From contig NC_133618.1 in the NCBI RefSeq assembly GCF_048593235.1, positions 656,220,361 to 656,284,360 on the forward strand: a DNA stretch of 64,000 nucleotides, written 5' to 3'. This DNA is from Sminthopsis crassicaudata. Its lineage: Eukaryota. This document shows positions 49,619-61,735 of this stretch, piece after piece (the first letter of the stretch is position 1; the number at the start of each line of letters is the position of its first letter). Made by a program: the position numbers and the translations under genes. The notes below the pieces were generated by a model. It searched no databases, was not told where the DNA came from, and was given only the letters and a program-made list of their open reading frames with translations.

Positions 49619-49999
49619 CTTGAGTGCATCCCCAACCTGGCCTCACCTGCAGGGCAGGGGAGAAAGGAGAAAGAAAATAGGGAAGGTTCAGAAACTAGCT
49701 TTCCAAAGTTGCAACACATCACATAAGCGACAACTCCGCCCACAGAAGTCTGCTCATGAGCAAAGTCCTCTGAGTTTCTGCTCCCAGTAAAGATGGGTCG
49801 GAGCCTCTAATCCTGCAGGTAATTATCCCTGGAACAGAACCGCCCCCCAATGTCCAGGCTCTCATTTCTCCAGGCTGGCTCAACCCGGCACATCTCCACA
49901 GTGCGAGTAAAGCCCCTCTTCTCCCCATCCCCAAGGTTACGTGGCTGTCTCAGCATTCCCCTGCCTAGCCCCCAGAGAGAAAGGTGGCCCACGTTCTCA

Positions 50000-51300
50000 G
50001 GATGGGACGGGCGGATCAAAGCTGACAGCAGCATCTCTCGGGGCAAGCCCACCTCCAACCCTTCGCTCCCCTCCGGGGGCTGATAGGCAGCCTCGCTGGG
50101 GGCTGTCAACAGAGCCGAAACCCGAGGGCAGCAGGGCCCCGGGTGGGGGGAGGGCCCAACCACGCTTTCTTTCCCCCGACAACGGGGGTGGAATGAAGCC
50201 CCCCCCCCCCAGCCTCACCAGGAGCATCTGCTGCAGGGTAAGGGGCAGAATCCCGAGGGGGCGGGGCGGGCTCCCCTTGACCCCGGAGGGGAGATAGGGG
50301 GGAGCTGCCCGGGGGAGGCTGACAAAGTACTTGGAAGACCCAAACAGCCGGCCGGCGGGTCGGTCCCGACTGATAGCCGGGGCCAAAGGTTGAAAGGGTG
50401 GACAGGCAGGACGACGGGATCACCTCTTCCGGGCAAAGAGGACTCAGGGCTGGGTAACCCCGCACTGCAGACCCGGGGGTAGGAAGGAGGCAGGCAGGGG
50501 GCTGGCCCGTCCCGGGAGGGAGAAGGTGAAGGCCCGCCGAAATGGGGGTCCCGGCCCGTCCACTCCCGCCCGGCCGCAGCCCCGCCCCCGGACTCCTCCC
50601 TTTCCCTGGCCGCACAGGGCTCGCCCAGGAAGGACCCCCAGGACGTCTAATCTATATCGTCACTTCCCAGCGTCCTCTCAGTCCTCCCGTCTCCGACCTC
50701 TCCCCCTCCTCGAGGGCCTCACCCGGCTACGGCTCCAGCGCCTACCCCGGCTGCGCTCCCGGCGTCGCGATTCTCAGGCCCCACTTCCGGTTCCGAGCCG
50801 GCCGTCGTGTCGCCGCCGGAAGTGCCTCCCCCGCGCACGGAGGCCTCGGTCTCCGCGGCTGCCACGTCCTCACTAGGACGAGACGTACAGCCCCGGATGT
50901 TGCGCATGCGCGGAGGCAGCGCTGCCGCCTCCCTGTCATGGCGGCGGCGGCGGCGGCAGAAGAACCTTTGCTGTTTCTGACGTGTTTCCGCCCCTTGCCA
51001 AGATATTATGTCAAGGCCGAGACATCCCGCCCCTTCCCCTAGCACTGCCCCTTCAACTCCCTCTCCCTTTTCAAATCTAAACTTCGATGGCGTTACACCC
51101 GGCAGTAGATACGGACTTCCCTAGCACCACTGTGACGTGCTCCTGACCTCTCATCCCAGGCCCAGGGGAGACTGACGCCAAGGACTTTAGCTCGGAGGCC
51201 CAGACCCCACAGGCTGCGGAGGCTGCGCGGTTCCCTTTGCCGAGCCCCGGGCCCCGCTGCAGAGCCCCCTGCTGGCTGCTTGTATGCATGCAGAGACGCA
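50000..51300. promoter_or_regulatory. SEC24C CpG island / promoter, probably bidirectional
   Basis: Dense CpG. ETS cores at 50783-50790 and 50816-50823 in opposite orientations, NRF1 TGCGCATGCGCG at 50901-50912, YY1-like CATGGCGGC at 50937-50945. Confidence 0.85.
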
Positions 51301-52026
51301 TGCAGACCTAGAATGGAAGCTCTTAGAAGACAGGCTCCCCTCCCTAGGGCCTAGTAGGGTTCCAAGCCTTAGAGACAGTAGACTGGTTAATTACAGAGCC
51401 TTTCCCGCAGGGAATTACAACCTGAAAGGACTGTACCTGTCTGCAGGTTTGGGGACAGGATTGGGGGATAGGAGGATGATGATGATGATGAGACAACGAC
51501 GACATCGATAATAAGGGAAAAAATAGAAACTGCAAAGATTTCACTCCTATCAAATACGGAACAAGACATGACCTGGTGGCTATAACTATGCATCAGAGAA
51601 ATACGCTGTTTCTCATGAACTGACATCGCTAAAATCCTTCGAAAAATCTATGAAAACCAGAGGAAAACTGGACTGGAAGCAGGGGCAAAGCAAACTGTTG
51701 TTCACTGGTGCTCAGCCATGATGCGTAACAGTGTAAGAACCAGCTTCCCATAGCTGCGGAGGCGCAAGAACTCCCACATAATCCCCGAATTACAGGGAAC
51801 AACAAGCTTTCAAATACAGAGACTGGGTAGAAGGAAATAGAATGGCATCCGTGCATTCTACATTGCCTCCTGTCTGCTACTGAAGCTGGAGAGGATGCTT
51901 GCAGCAAGTCTACAGAAGGGAAGCGTACATCATCATTTCATTCAACTAAAAAAAGTCATTTTACATTGAACAGAAAGGAATAATGGCAGGAATAGAGACT
52001 TTCTAGTTGGATTCCATTGAATAAGA

Positions 52027-52670
52027 TGTACTGCTGGAGAAACTGAGGCAAGATAGAGATCGGAGAGTTTTTAATATTTTATCTGGTTTCTGAGAAGTGA
52101 TTTTCTAGGGGGCAGCTCAGAATCCATTATTTCCCCCAGGGTTGAATTGGACTTTCAAAGAATTCAGCGTGGAATGTGAGATTCCAGTGATGGCTCTAAT
52201 CTGGGGTTCTCAAACTACAGCCTGCAGGCCAGATGCAGCCCACCAGGTTCTGGCAAATGGGCTGAGGGGCAGAGTGAGGTTTTGTTTTACTGTAGTCCGG
52301 CCCTCCAACAGTCTGACGGACAGTGAACTGGCCCCTGTTTAAAAAGTTTGAGGACCACTGAGATCAGGGGAGACAAAGGCAAGGGGTAGAGCCGAAACTT
52401 TGGTGAGCACAGGATTTTCCAGCAAGGGACCATCAATTCAGTTCTGACAGGTTGAGAGTAGGACTTAGGAGCCAGGATATCTGAACTCCCCCTTATTTGA
52501 GATAAGGCATTTGAAGTTTTATCTTTTGGAACGCCAGAGTGGCCAGATCTCTACAGCCCTAATTATCTCAGCCCCAATGAACAGGAAAGGGGGGTTGCAA
52601 CCAGGGGGACTGAGGCAGGGCAATAAAAGGAAACTGGGGCAAGATAATAAAAGGAAACTGTGGCACAACA
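52027..52670 (-). mobile_element. Solo LTR (ERV1-like) containing a hAT MITE
   Basis: TG...CA termini (tgtactgctggagaaactgaggc ... tggcacaaca) and near-TSD AAGA/CAGA. Termini are homologous to the LTR at 57153-57678. Confidence 0.75.
52201..52360. mobile_element. hAT/Charlie-type MITE (OC1/OposCharlie-like)
   Basis: 16-bp imperfect TIRs CTGGGGTTCTCAAACT / AGTTTGAGGACCACTG (13/16 complementary). Internal ggccctccaacagtctga.ggacagtgaactggccc matches my recollection of OC1 non-autonomous elements. No clean 8-bp TSD is visible. Confidence 0.7.
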
Positions 52671-55124
52671 CAGATAAAAGTGATTTCTCAGGAACAACAA
52701 TTTATTATTGCCATAAAATATGAGAACAAGATAATAAATATGATTAATATTTTTATGGATCACAGTATTGTCCTGGTAGTGCTGCAAATCACTGGATAGT
52801 ATGATTCCCCCCAAATCAAAATTATAGGAGATCCAAAGTACAATGTATAGAGACATGATTTTATATATGAGGTGTTAAGTGAGGATTAATTCCAAAGACT
52901 AGGGAAGTGATAAGCCTGACATATCCTGCCCAGATCTTTACTTATTTATAATACTATGTTCAGTTCTAGAAAGCATAAGAAAGACTTTGTCAAAATGAAG
53001 GATGAACAAATAAGGATAGTAAAAGTCCTTATGATAATATGATTGATTGAAAGAATTGGGAATGTGTAACCTGGATAGGAGAAACTGGTGGGAATATCAC
53101 TGCTTTAGTGCTTTAAGGTTTGTAAGCAGTTTTAAAAACTATCTCATTTGATCCTCCAACACCCCTATGAAATAAGTGCTATTACTATCCCCATTTTACA
53201 GATAAGCATACTGGAGTTTAAGCAATTTGCCCCATAGCTAGTAAATGTCTGAGTTCAGATTTTAACTCAAGTCTTCATAACTCCCAGTATAGTGTTTCAT
53301 CCATTTTCCCACTTAGCTGCCATGTTTTCTGTCTTCATGTATTTGAAGGATTGCGAATAGAAAAGGCATTTGCATTTCCATTTTGCCCCAGAGGACATAG
53401 ACCCCATTTGGAACATAGACAGAAGTTTAAAGCAGTTTCAAGTTCCTTATAAAAAAATATTTTCCTAACATTTAGAGCTATCCAAGAGGAGGTCTTCAGA
53501 GAAAGACTGGGTGAACTCATTTTGATGTGCAGAGAGAATTTCTATACAAAGGTGGTTTGGAGTACTTGGTCTCTGAGGTGCCTTGTAACTTGGGGCATCT
53601 GTAATTTTATGGTGGCTTTCAAAGGTAGGCTGTAGCAAAAGGCTTCCATTACAGTAGATAGTTCATCTATATAAGATCATTCTAACAGTTGATACTTTTG
53701 TAGCACTTTTAAAATTTAGAAAAAACTATATATACATCTGATTTTAATTTCATTATAATCCTAAGGGTAATAACTTTTTCAGGTACTGCTTTTCCCATTT
53801 TAAAAATGAGGAAACTGGCTTTAAAATGTTAAGTGAGATGCCCATAAATGTATATCAAATAAATTAAAGCTGAAAATTAATCCCATATCTTGCCTTACTA
53901 TGGATGCAATGGTCTTTCCACTGTAGCACAAGGAATTTCACTTTGAAGGAATTTCAGAGTTCAAGAACAAAAATTATTGAGATGAAAAAGTATGCATAGG
54001 TTATGATCTACACTAGAAGAAAGAATCTCTATCATGAATCCATCAAAGACACGTTCTTATTACACTTTACAATTTAGAAGCATTTTTCTCACAATAACCT
54101 TGTGAAATAGATAATAGAGACGATGTCCTTGTCTCATTTTTCCAAATAAGTCCAAATAAGTTTCCAAATACCCAGGAAACATAGCTAGCATAAGATAAAC
54201 AGAGATGAATACCAAAAAATATTTAACAACTTAATTTAAAATTCCTTGACCATTTATTATAGAAACACTTGAGCTAATATTCTTTAATAGAGCCCTTCCT
54301 TTTTTGGGATCCTAAGCATTTTGGAAGGATAGATGGACAGTAGCTGCATCAAGCAAGCAAGCAAACAAGCATTTATTAAGTGCTACTATGTACCTAGTAG
54401 TACCAGGACAGAATTGGAGAGTAGCTCCAGAGTATGATATACTATAATTCACATTACATATACATGTGCTTGTATATGTGTGTGTATGTACATATATACC
54501 AGAGTTTCGTAGAAACTGAGATGCAAACAGGAACTGAGAAAAATGTTTTTTAAAAAAAATGTGAGTGAGCAATGTTAAGGGACTTAGCAAGGTTAAATTA
54601 TTTACATTCTAAAATGGGAGCATAATACATATCCCCTCAGAATCTTATCAACATTAAGCATCATCAAGGAAGACTAATGAGACAAGGCCAGGGAGTGATT
54701 TAATGTTTTAATGGTCTTAAAAGAAGAAAGGAAAGGGAAGGGGAAGGTATTACACTGAAGTAGGGGGATAATATCTCATAAAATCAGTGTACACAAGTAG
54801 AAGACTATTGCAAAGAGGAAAGAGGTGAAGGAAATAGGGAATACTTGAATCTCACCTCCTCTTTATCTGAGCAAAGAAGGGAAACAGATTTGGATGCAGA
54901 AATAGATGTCATTCACAGAGAAAAGTAGGGAAGAGTGGAAAGGATAATGAAGTGTAATTTAATCATACTTGTTACTTTTAATTCTATTCCAGAACTACCT
55001 TCTCTACACCCTTATTCTCTTCTGAGGCACTGTGCTTTAGTGGAAAGAGAGAGTTGGTTCAAATCTATAACAAGTCATTACCTAATTGATAAATGGATAG
55101 GGAAGTAGTTTTCTTTCTTTTTCC

Positions 55125-55509
55125 TTTTTCTTTTTTATTATAGCTTCTTATTTACAAAACATATGCATGAGTAATTTTTCAACATTGACTCTTACAAAAC
55201 CTTCTGTTCCAACTTTTTCCCTCCTTTCCCCCACCTCCTCCCCTAGATGGTAGGTAATCCAATACATGTTAAATATGTTAAATACAACATATGTATAATA
55301 TTCATACAGTTATCTTGCTATATGAGAAAGATCAGATCTAGAAAGAAGGTAAAAAAACCTGAGAAGGAAAACAAAAATGCAAGCAAACAATAACAGAAAG
55401 AGTGGAAATACTATGTTGTGGTCCACACTCATTTCCCATAGTTCTCTCTCTGGGTGTAGCTGATTCTCTTCATTACTGAACAATTGGAACTGGTTTGGAT
55501 CATCTTATT
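55125..55509 (-). mobile_element. L1 3'-UTR fragment
   Basis: T-rich tail on plus followed by the typical marsupial L1 3' UTR; interrupted at 55510 by an LTR. Confidence 0.75.
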
Positions 55510-56079
55510 TGTTATGGGTCAGAACTCTGAACTTGAAACAAGGATTCTTACAAGGTGCTAAGTCAGTGGAATTGATAGACAATAGTTGTCTAGTTTAGCA
55601 TGGTGCTTAATAGTTCTCTAAGTTTAGGATGATTGATTTAATCTTACAACAAATAATGGTTTCCTAGTGATATAATGATGGTTTATACTTAGAATAGAGC
55701 ATATAAGTCAGGGAGGATGCAGAGACAGATTCATTCTATCTTTATCAGCCTCTTGGTGGCTGGCCTATCCTCCTGCACTTCCCCCACTGAGACCAAAGCT
55801 GGTCTGAAAGGCTCTCCTCCTTCGCTTCCAAGAGCCAGAGGAGACAAGCGGACTGGAGGCGGGAGCTCAAGTTCTCAGAGCCAAGGAGAGACAGATTCAT
55901 TCCCTCATCCACCTTGGTGGTGGCTGGAGGCCCTCGGACTCAGAGCCAGATTCATTCACTTCATCTCACACCACAGTGGTGGCTGGGCTCCAGCACTTAC
56001 CCCAATGAGACCAAGGCCAGCTGCTCAGCCTCAGGCAAGGAAGCAATAAAGAATTTGGACTTTAACACTGGGCTATTCA
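55510..56079 (+). mobile_element. LTR, 3'-truncated, with three internal subrepeats
   Basis: Starts TGTTATGGG. TATA-like sequence at ~55700, subrepeat GAG(A/C)CAGATTCATTC at 55722, 55888 and 55943, AATAAA at 56045-56050. Confidence 0.7.
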
Positions 56080-57152
56080 AAGGGGATGCACAGTTTGATA
56101 GCTTTGTGAGCATAGTTCCAAATTGCTCTCCAGAATGGTTGGAGCTGTTCACAATCCATCAACAATATAACAGTGTCCCAGTTTTCCCATATCCCCTCAA
56201 ATATTTGTCATTGTCTTTTCCTGTCATCTTAGCCAATCTGAGAGGTATGTAATGGTATCTAAGAGTTGTCTTAATTTGCATTTCTCTGATCAATAGAGAT
56301 TTGGAGCACCTTTTCATATGACTATAAATAATTTCCATTTCTTCATCCAAAAATTGTCTTTTCATATCCTTTGACTAGTTATCAATTAGAGAATAGTTTG
56401 ATTTCTTCTAGATTTGAGTCAGTTCTCTATATATTTTAGAAATGAGGCCTTTATCAGAACCTTTGACTATAAAAATGTTTTCCCAATTTATTGAGAAGTA
56501 ATTTTCGAAAGAAGACATCCAACTTACAAAAAATTATATGAAAAAAGTCCTCTTAAATAAAATCTTACCACAGATATTTGCTAGATCTGTGATGTAATTT
56601 TTTTCCTTAGGGAATCAATTAATAGCTTGTTCTATTTCTTTTTCTAAAATAGGACTATTTAAGTAATTTATTTCCTCTTCTCTTAATCTGGGCAATTTAT
56701 ATTTTTGTAGGTATTCCTCCATTTCACTTAGATTATCAAATTTACTGATACATAGATGGGCAAAATAACTCCTAATTGCTCTAATTTCTTCTTCATTGGG
56801 AATGTCTCCCTTTTCATTTTTGAGACTAAAATTTTGATTTTCTTATTTCCTTTTTCTAATCAAATCAACTAAAGATGTATCTATTTTGCTGAATTTTTTT
56901 CACAAAACCAACTCTTAGTTTTATTTATTAATTCAATAGTTTTCTTTCAATTTTATTAATCTCTCCTTTTATTTCCAGAATTTCAAGTTTGTTATTTAAT
57001 GGGAGATTTTTAATTTGTTCTTTTTCTAGCTTTTTTAGTTGCAAGCCCAATTTATTGATCTCTTTTTCTATGTTCTGCAAGTAGGTATCTAGAGATATAA
57101 AATTTCTCCTAATAACTGCTTTGGCTGCATCGCACAAATTTTGGTATGTTGT

Positions 57153-57678
57153 TGTAATGCCAGAGAAACTGAGGCAAGATAGAGATTAGAGAGTTTTTAA
57201 TATTTTATTTGAAAGGGAGAGATTTACTAGGACCAAATGGATCCATGGTTTAGTCCCAGGGCTGAATGAGATGAGGGTCTTCAAGAATCCAGTAGCCAGA
57301 AGCCAGCAGCCAATGTTCTCAATGACATATTTATACACAGTGGCTAAACAAAGGCAAGGGGGTGGAGTCCAAACTCTAGTGAGGGAGAATCTCCAGACAG
57401 GAGCCATTAATCTTGTTCTGACAGGTTGGAGGGTAGGACCATAAATTCCAACAAACTGGGAGTTAAGAAAGTGTCTGCCTAGAGATAGAAAGTCTGGATT
57501 CCCTTTTGAGTCTATACATTGGCACTTTATAATCTCTGAGTTGTACTAATTTTAATGAACCGGAGCAAGGGGGAGAGTGGTTACAACTAAGGGGATTGAG
57601 GCAGAACAATTAAGGAAACTGAGGCAGGACAATTAGGGAAACTGAGGCAGGACAATAAAAGAGAACTATGGCACAACA
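57153..57678 (-). mobile_element. Solo LTR (ERV1-like), 526 bp
   Basis: TG...CA termini, perfect 4-bp TSD TTGT (57149-57152 and 57679-57682), tandem U3 repeats gaaactgaggcaggacaa, minus-strand AATAAA near its 3' end. Confidence 0.85.
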
Positions 57679-57935
57679 TTGTCTCATTGTTGTTATTCTC
57701 TTGGATGAAATTATTGATTGTGTCTATGCTGTTTCAGCCACTCATTTCTTAAGATTAGATTATTTAGTTTCCAATTAATTTTTGGTATAATTTCCCCTGG
57801 CCTTTTATTGCATGTAATTTTTATTGCATTGTGATCTGAGAAAAATGCATTTACTATTTCTGCCTTTCTGTATTTGATTTTGAGGTTTTTATACCCTAAT
57901 ACATGGTCAATTTTTGCATAGGTTCCATGTATTGC

Positions 57936-59050
57936 TGATGTAAGTTGTGTTCCCTTTAACCTTTGAGAGGGCCCTGAAACTTTCTGTGAAAAACCATTAA
58001 AACTTATTAAATTAAATGATGGGGGGCAGCTAGGTGGCACAGTAGATAGAGCACCAGCCCTGAATTCAGGAGGACCCGAGTTCAAATCTAGTCTCAGACA
58101 CTTAACACTTCCTAGCTGTGTGACCCTGGGCAAGTCATTTAACCACAGCCTCGGGAGGAGGGGGGGGAATTAAATGATGGTTCTGATGGATATGGTTCTC
58201 TTCAACCATGAGATGATTCAAACCAGTTCTGATTGTTCAGTAATGAAGAAAGTCAGCTACACCCAGAGAGAGAACTATGGGAAATGAGTATGGACCACAA
58301 CATAGCATTTTCACTCTTTCTCTTATTGTTTGCTTGCATTTTTGTTTTCCTTCTCAGGTTTTTTCTTTCTTTCTAGATCTGATTTTTCTTCTGCAGCAAG
58401 ATAACTGTATAAATATGTATACACATATTGGGTTTAACATATATTTTAACATATTTAACATGTATTGGACTACTTGCCATCTAGGGGAGGGGGTGGGGGG
58501 AAGGAGGAGAAAAGTTGGAACAGAAGGTTTTGCAAGAATCATTGTTGAAAAATTACCCATGCATATGTTTTGTAAATAAAAAACAATAATAATAATTTTT
58601 AAAAAGAAATTTTGAAAATCAAAGGAGAGATGAATAAAACTGAAAGACAAAAACTGTTGAACTAATAAATAAAATCAAGAATTGGTTTTATGAAAAACCT
58701 CAATAAAATAGATTTAAAAAAAACTGAGTGGCTCAAAATCCCAGTTAAGTAGTTTCATTCAATTGAATTGAAGCCCCAAGCCTCAGATGGCTAATAAAGG
58801 ACAATTCTGTACCCCAACCTTCAGCAGAAATCCTAAATAGGATTATGCCCACCAGTGAAGATATCTTCTTCTCAGTGTAACCCACCTTTGCTTATTCCCT
58901 GCCCACTAAGAAGGTTGACTTTCTAGCAAGCTGTCTTCTTAGGGGAAATAAAATTCCTTTTGCCATAGATTTCAAATTTGCAAGTTCTTTCCATAGGACC
59001 TGTGGCTCTGACCAGGGGCTATCTTCCACCCCAATTCTCACACCTCATCA
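57936..59050 (+). mobile_element. LTR with nested WSINE1 and L1 pieces
   Basis: Terminal inverted TGATG...CATCA, near-TSD TTGC/CTGC, AATAAA at 58947-58952. L1 backbone resumes at 59051. Confidence 0.6.
58023..58167 (+). mobile_element. WSINE1-type SINE
   Basis: Full-length body. TSD AATTAAATGATGG at 58010-58022 and 58168-58180. The tail is G-rich with no A-run. Confidence 0.85.
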
Positions 59051-59368
59051 CTGCTGAGAAAAAAAGTATATTCCTTATTGTCTCCATTCAATTTTCTCCA
59101 AAGGTCTATCTTCTTTAATTTTTCTAGGATTCTAGTTACCTCCTTAATTTCTTTATTTATTTAGTGGTTCAGTGTTATCTAGTTCTGAGAGAACAAGGTT
59201 GAGATCTCCCACTAGTATAGTTTTGCTGTCTATTTCTTCTTGTAGCTCTTTTAACTTCTCTAGGAATTTGAATGCTATATCACTTGATGCTTATATGTTT
59301 AGTATTGATACTACTTCAATGTTTATGGTACTTTTAAGTAGGATGTAATTTCCTTCCTTATCTCTTTT

Positions 59369-59513
59369 TTTAAATTTTAATTTTTATAATTATAACATTT
59401 TCTTTGACAGTACATATTCATAGGTAATTTTTTTTTACAACATTATCCATTGTACTCCCTTCTGTTCCAAATTTTTCCCCTCCTTCCCTCCACCCTCCTC
59501 CCCTAGATGACAG
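59369..59513 (-). mobile_element. Young 145-bp L1 3' end
   Basis: 14-bp TSD TCCTTATCTCTTTT at 59355-59368 and 59514-59527. Confidence 0.85.
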
Positions 59514-59584
59514 TCCTTATCTCTTTTAATTAGATCTATTTTTGCTTTTACTTGATCTGATATCAGGGCTGCTGCTGACTGGGG

Positions 59585-59900
59585 TGTGAAACTGTGTTCT
59601 CTTTAATCTGTAAAATAATTCACTCTGAAATTGTGTCCCCTTTTGATCTGCAAAAGAAGAGAGATTAGGGTCTCCCAAACTCCAGAGAATCTATGAGAGA
59701 GTGTGTTTCTCAGGCTGGGCTTTTCTAAGGCAAATCACCCCATTGATCTTTTGGGGATGCAGACCCTTTTAAGGAAATTTCAAATTCCAGAAGCTTTCAA
59801 AGTGATTTCCATTCAATTAGAGATCTAGGTCTGGGGACTTTGGCTTTCCTTTCAACCTGAAACCTGAGCCTCAACATTCCCTATTAAAGAGCAGTTTTTA
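59585..59900 (+). mobile_element. LTR-like fragment
   Basis: Starts TGTGAAAC right after the L1 backbone stops; ATTAAA near 59883. The end is uncertain. Confidence 0.4.
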
Positions 59901-61449
59901 ACTTTTAATTCTTTTATTTGTAATGTCCTTAGCATAGTCACCTGCCAAGTAGCAGGTACCATATAAATGCCAGGTCTGGGTGCTAAGTACTGAGGATCCA
60001 AAAAAGACAGGTGATAGTGCCTGGTCTCAAGGAGCTCACAATCTAATGGTTGTCATATCTAACAACTGAGTTTGATCTTTTCATTTGCCTCTCTCTGTTG
60101 CCAGTTCTTCCCTTGGCATCTGCCAATTCCTGCTGCTGCTTAGACCCTCTGTCTTTTCTGCTGATTGGTGATGGGGAAAGAGGAGGTACCAGCTATCATT
60201 ACTGAAGCTCACAGGGTCAATGTTAATGGAGGTAGGCAGAGACAGCCAAGGCCTCCACTAAAAGCCTGGCTTGTTGAGTTCCTGCTAATTGAATGTTCTA
60301 TGTGGGGATCAGTGATCCCTCCTGCCATTGTTCCAGTCTAGAAGGCTCCTCCTCCACCCATCACATAAATCTTATTTGTCACCTACCTGAGTTCATGAAG
60401 AAGAAGCTGCCTCTTCTATGACCACATTTGGTCCCACAGTCATAGGTTCTTCAGCAACCAGTTAGATTGTCCCCAAAGTTCCTGGGTCTTCACCAGATGC
60501 AGGCAGAAAATGTCTGGGAATGCAAAGACAGGGCCCCATTACAATCGAAACAAGTTAAATTTAATAAAGTATACACTAACTTTGATATTACCACTTAGAG
60601 AAACATAGTAACAGAGTCACTAGCACCCAGGAGGGACTTCCCTCAGGGTTGACAAACAACTGAGGCATTGGATACACAATTTAGAGCTTTGAAAGGTCTT
60701 TGGAAGGCATCTACTACAATCCCCTCATTTTATAGATGGGAAAATTGAGGTCCAAAGTGTTAAGCAACATTCTCAAAGTCACAAAGGTAGGAACAGGGCT
60801 GATGCCTCAGACCCCAAATTCAGTCCTTTTAACTATCCTACTGTGTTTTCCAGAACACTCTAAAATGGGAGAATAATCCGTATCTTCTCAGAATCTTATC
60901 ATCATTAAGCATCATCAAGGAAGTTTTAATGGTTTTTCAAAGAAAGGAAAGGGAAGGGGAAGGTATTATACTAGAGTGGGGGGGGAGAATATCTCATAAA
61001 ATCAGGGTAACATACAAGAAGGGAAGAACATACAAACACATTTGGATGCAGAAACAGATTTCATTCACAGAGAAAAGTAGGAGAAAAGTTCTGAGTTAGT
61101 TGGGGATGTCAAAGAGATAGCTTCAATTATGAGAGATCATCTTAGGAAATAATGAAAAACAAGTGATTTACAAGTTGACAAAAAAGCCTTAAATGCTTTT
61201 TGAAAAAATTTAATCTGATGTGGTAGAGAATTCTAAGTCTCTGGAACAGAGGAGCAGCAGGATGAAATTGGAGTTCCAGGATTACTGTAGTAATATTCAG
61301 GAAACAGAAAGACAAAAAGCAGATCCAAATGAAGTGACAAAAGTTTGGTGATAATTAAGGGAGAAAGAAAAGGGAAAAAGCACTCTTGAGTAATTTTAGG
61401 AAGAGAACGTCCCAGTTCCTGAAGTTTTTCTCTTCCTGGGAGTTCCCTA

Positions 61450-61735
61450 CAGTAGCAGCAACAGCAGCAGTATAACAGTAGTAGTAACAGTAGCAGCAAT
61501 AGTAGTAACAGCAACAGTAGTAGTAGCAGCAGCAGCATAGTAATAGTGATAGTGATAGCAGCAGCAGTATAGTAGTAGTAATGGTATCAGCAGCAGTGTA
61601 ATAGTAGTAGTAATAGTAACATCAGCAGCAGTACAGTAGTTGCAGTCGTAACAGTGTAGTAGTAGAACAGCTGTAATATAGTAGTAGCAACAGCAACAAA
61701 AGCAGTGTGATGGTGATTGTGATGACAGCAGCAGT
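61450..61735. repeat. Mosaic trinucleotide low-complexity tract (AGT/AGC/AAC)
   Basis: ~285 bp of interleaved GTA, GCA and ACA triplets. Confidence 0.9.

Larger units (their letters stand above)
56080..59575 (-). mobile_element. Fragmented old L1 (ORF2) backbone with several nested insertions
   Basis: Reverse-strand L1 ORF2-like pieces at ~56080-56480, 56560-57152, 57679-57935, 59051-59368 and 59528-59575. The last four rejoin across the inserts. Confidence 0.7.

Noticed and set aside
55720-56015. Three spaced repeats resembling a CRISPR-like array
   Set aside because: Imperfect subrepeats with irregular, related spacers inside an LTR of a mammalian genome.
52027-57678. Two related same-orientation LTRs 5.1 kb apart as a possible provirus
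   Set aside because: Each has its own flanking TSD or near-TSD, their interiors are clearly diverged, and the intervening DNA is MIR/L1/other LTR with no gag/pol/env or PBS.
58023-58100. tRNA-like A/B boxes (also at 33033-33151 and 40911-41053)
   Set aside because: Heads of WSINE1 SINEs with CORE/tail and TSDs; no cloverleaf or acceptor stem.
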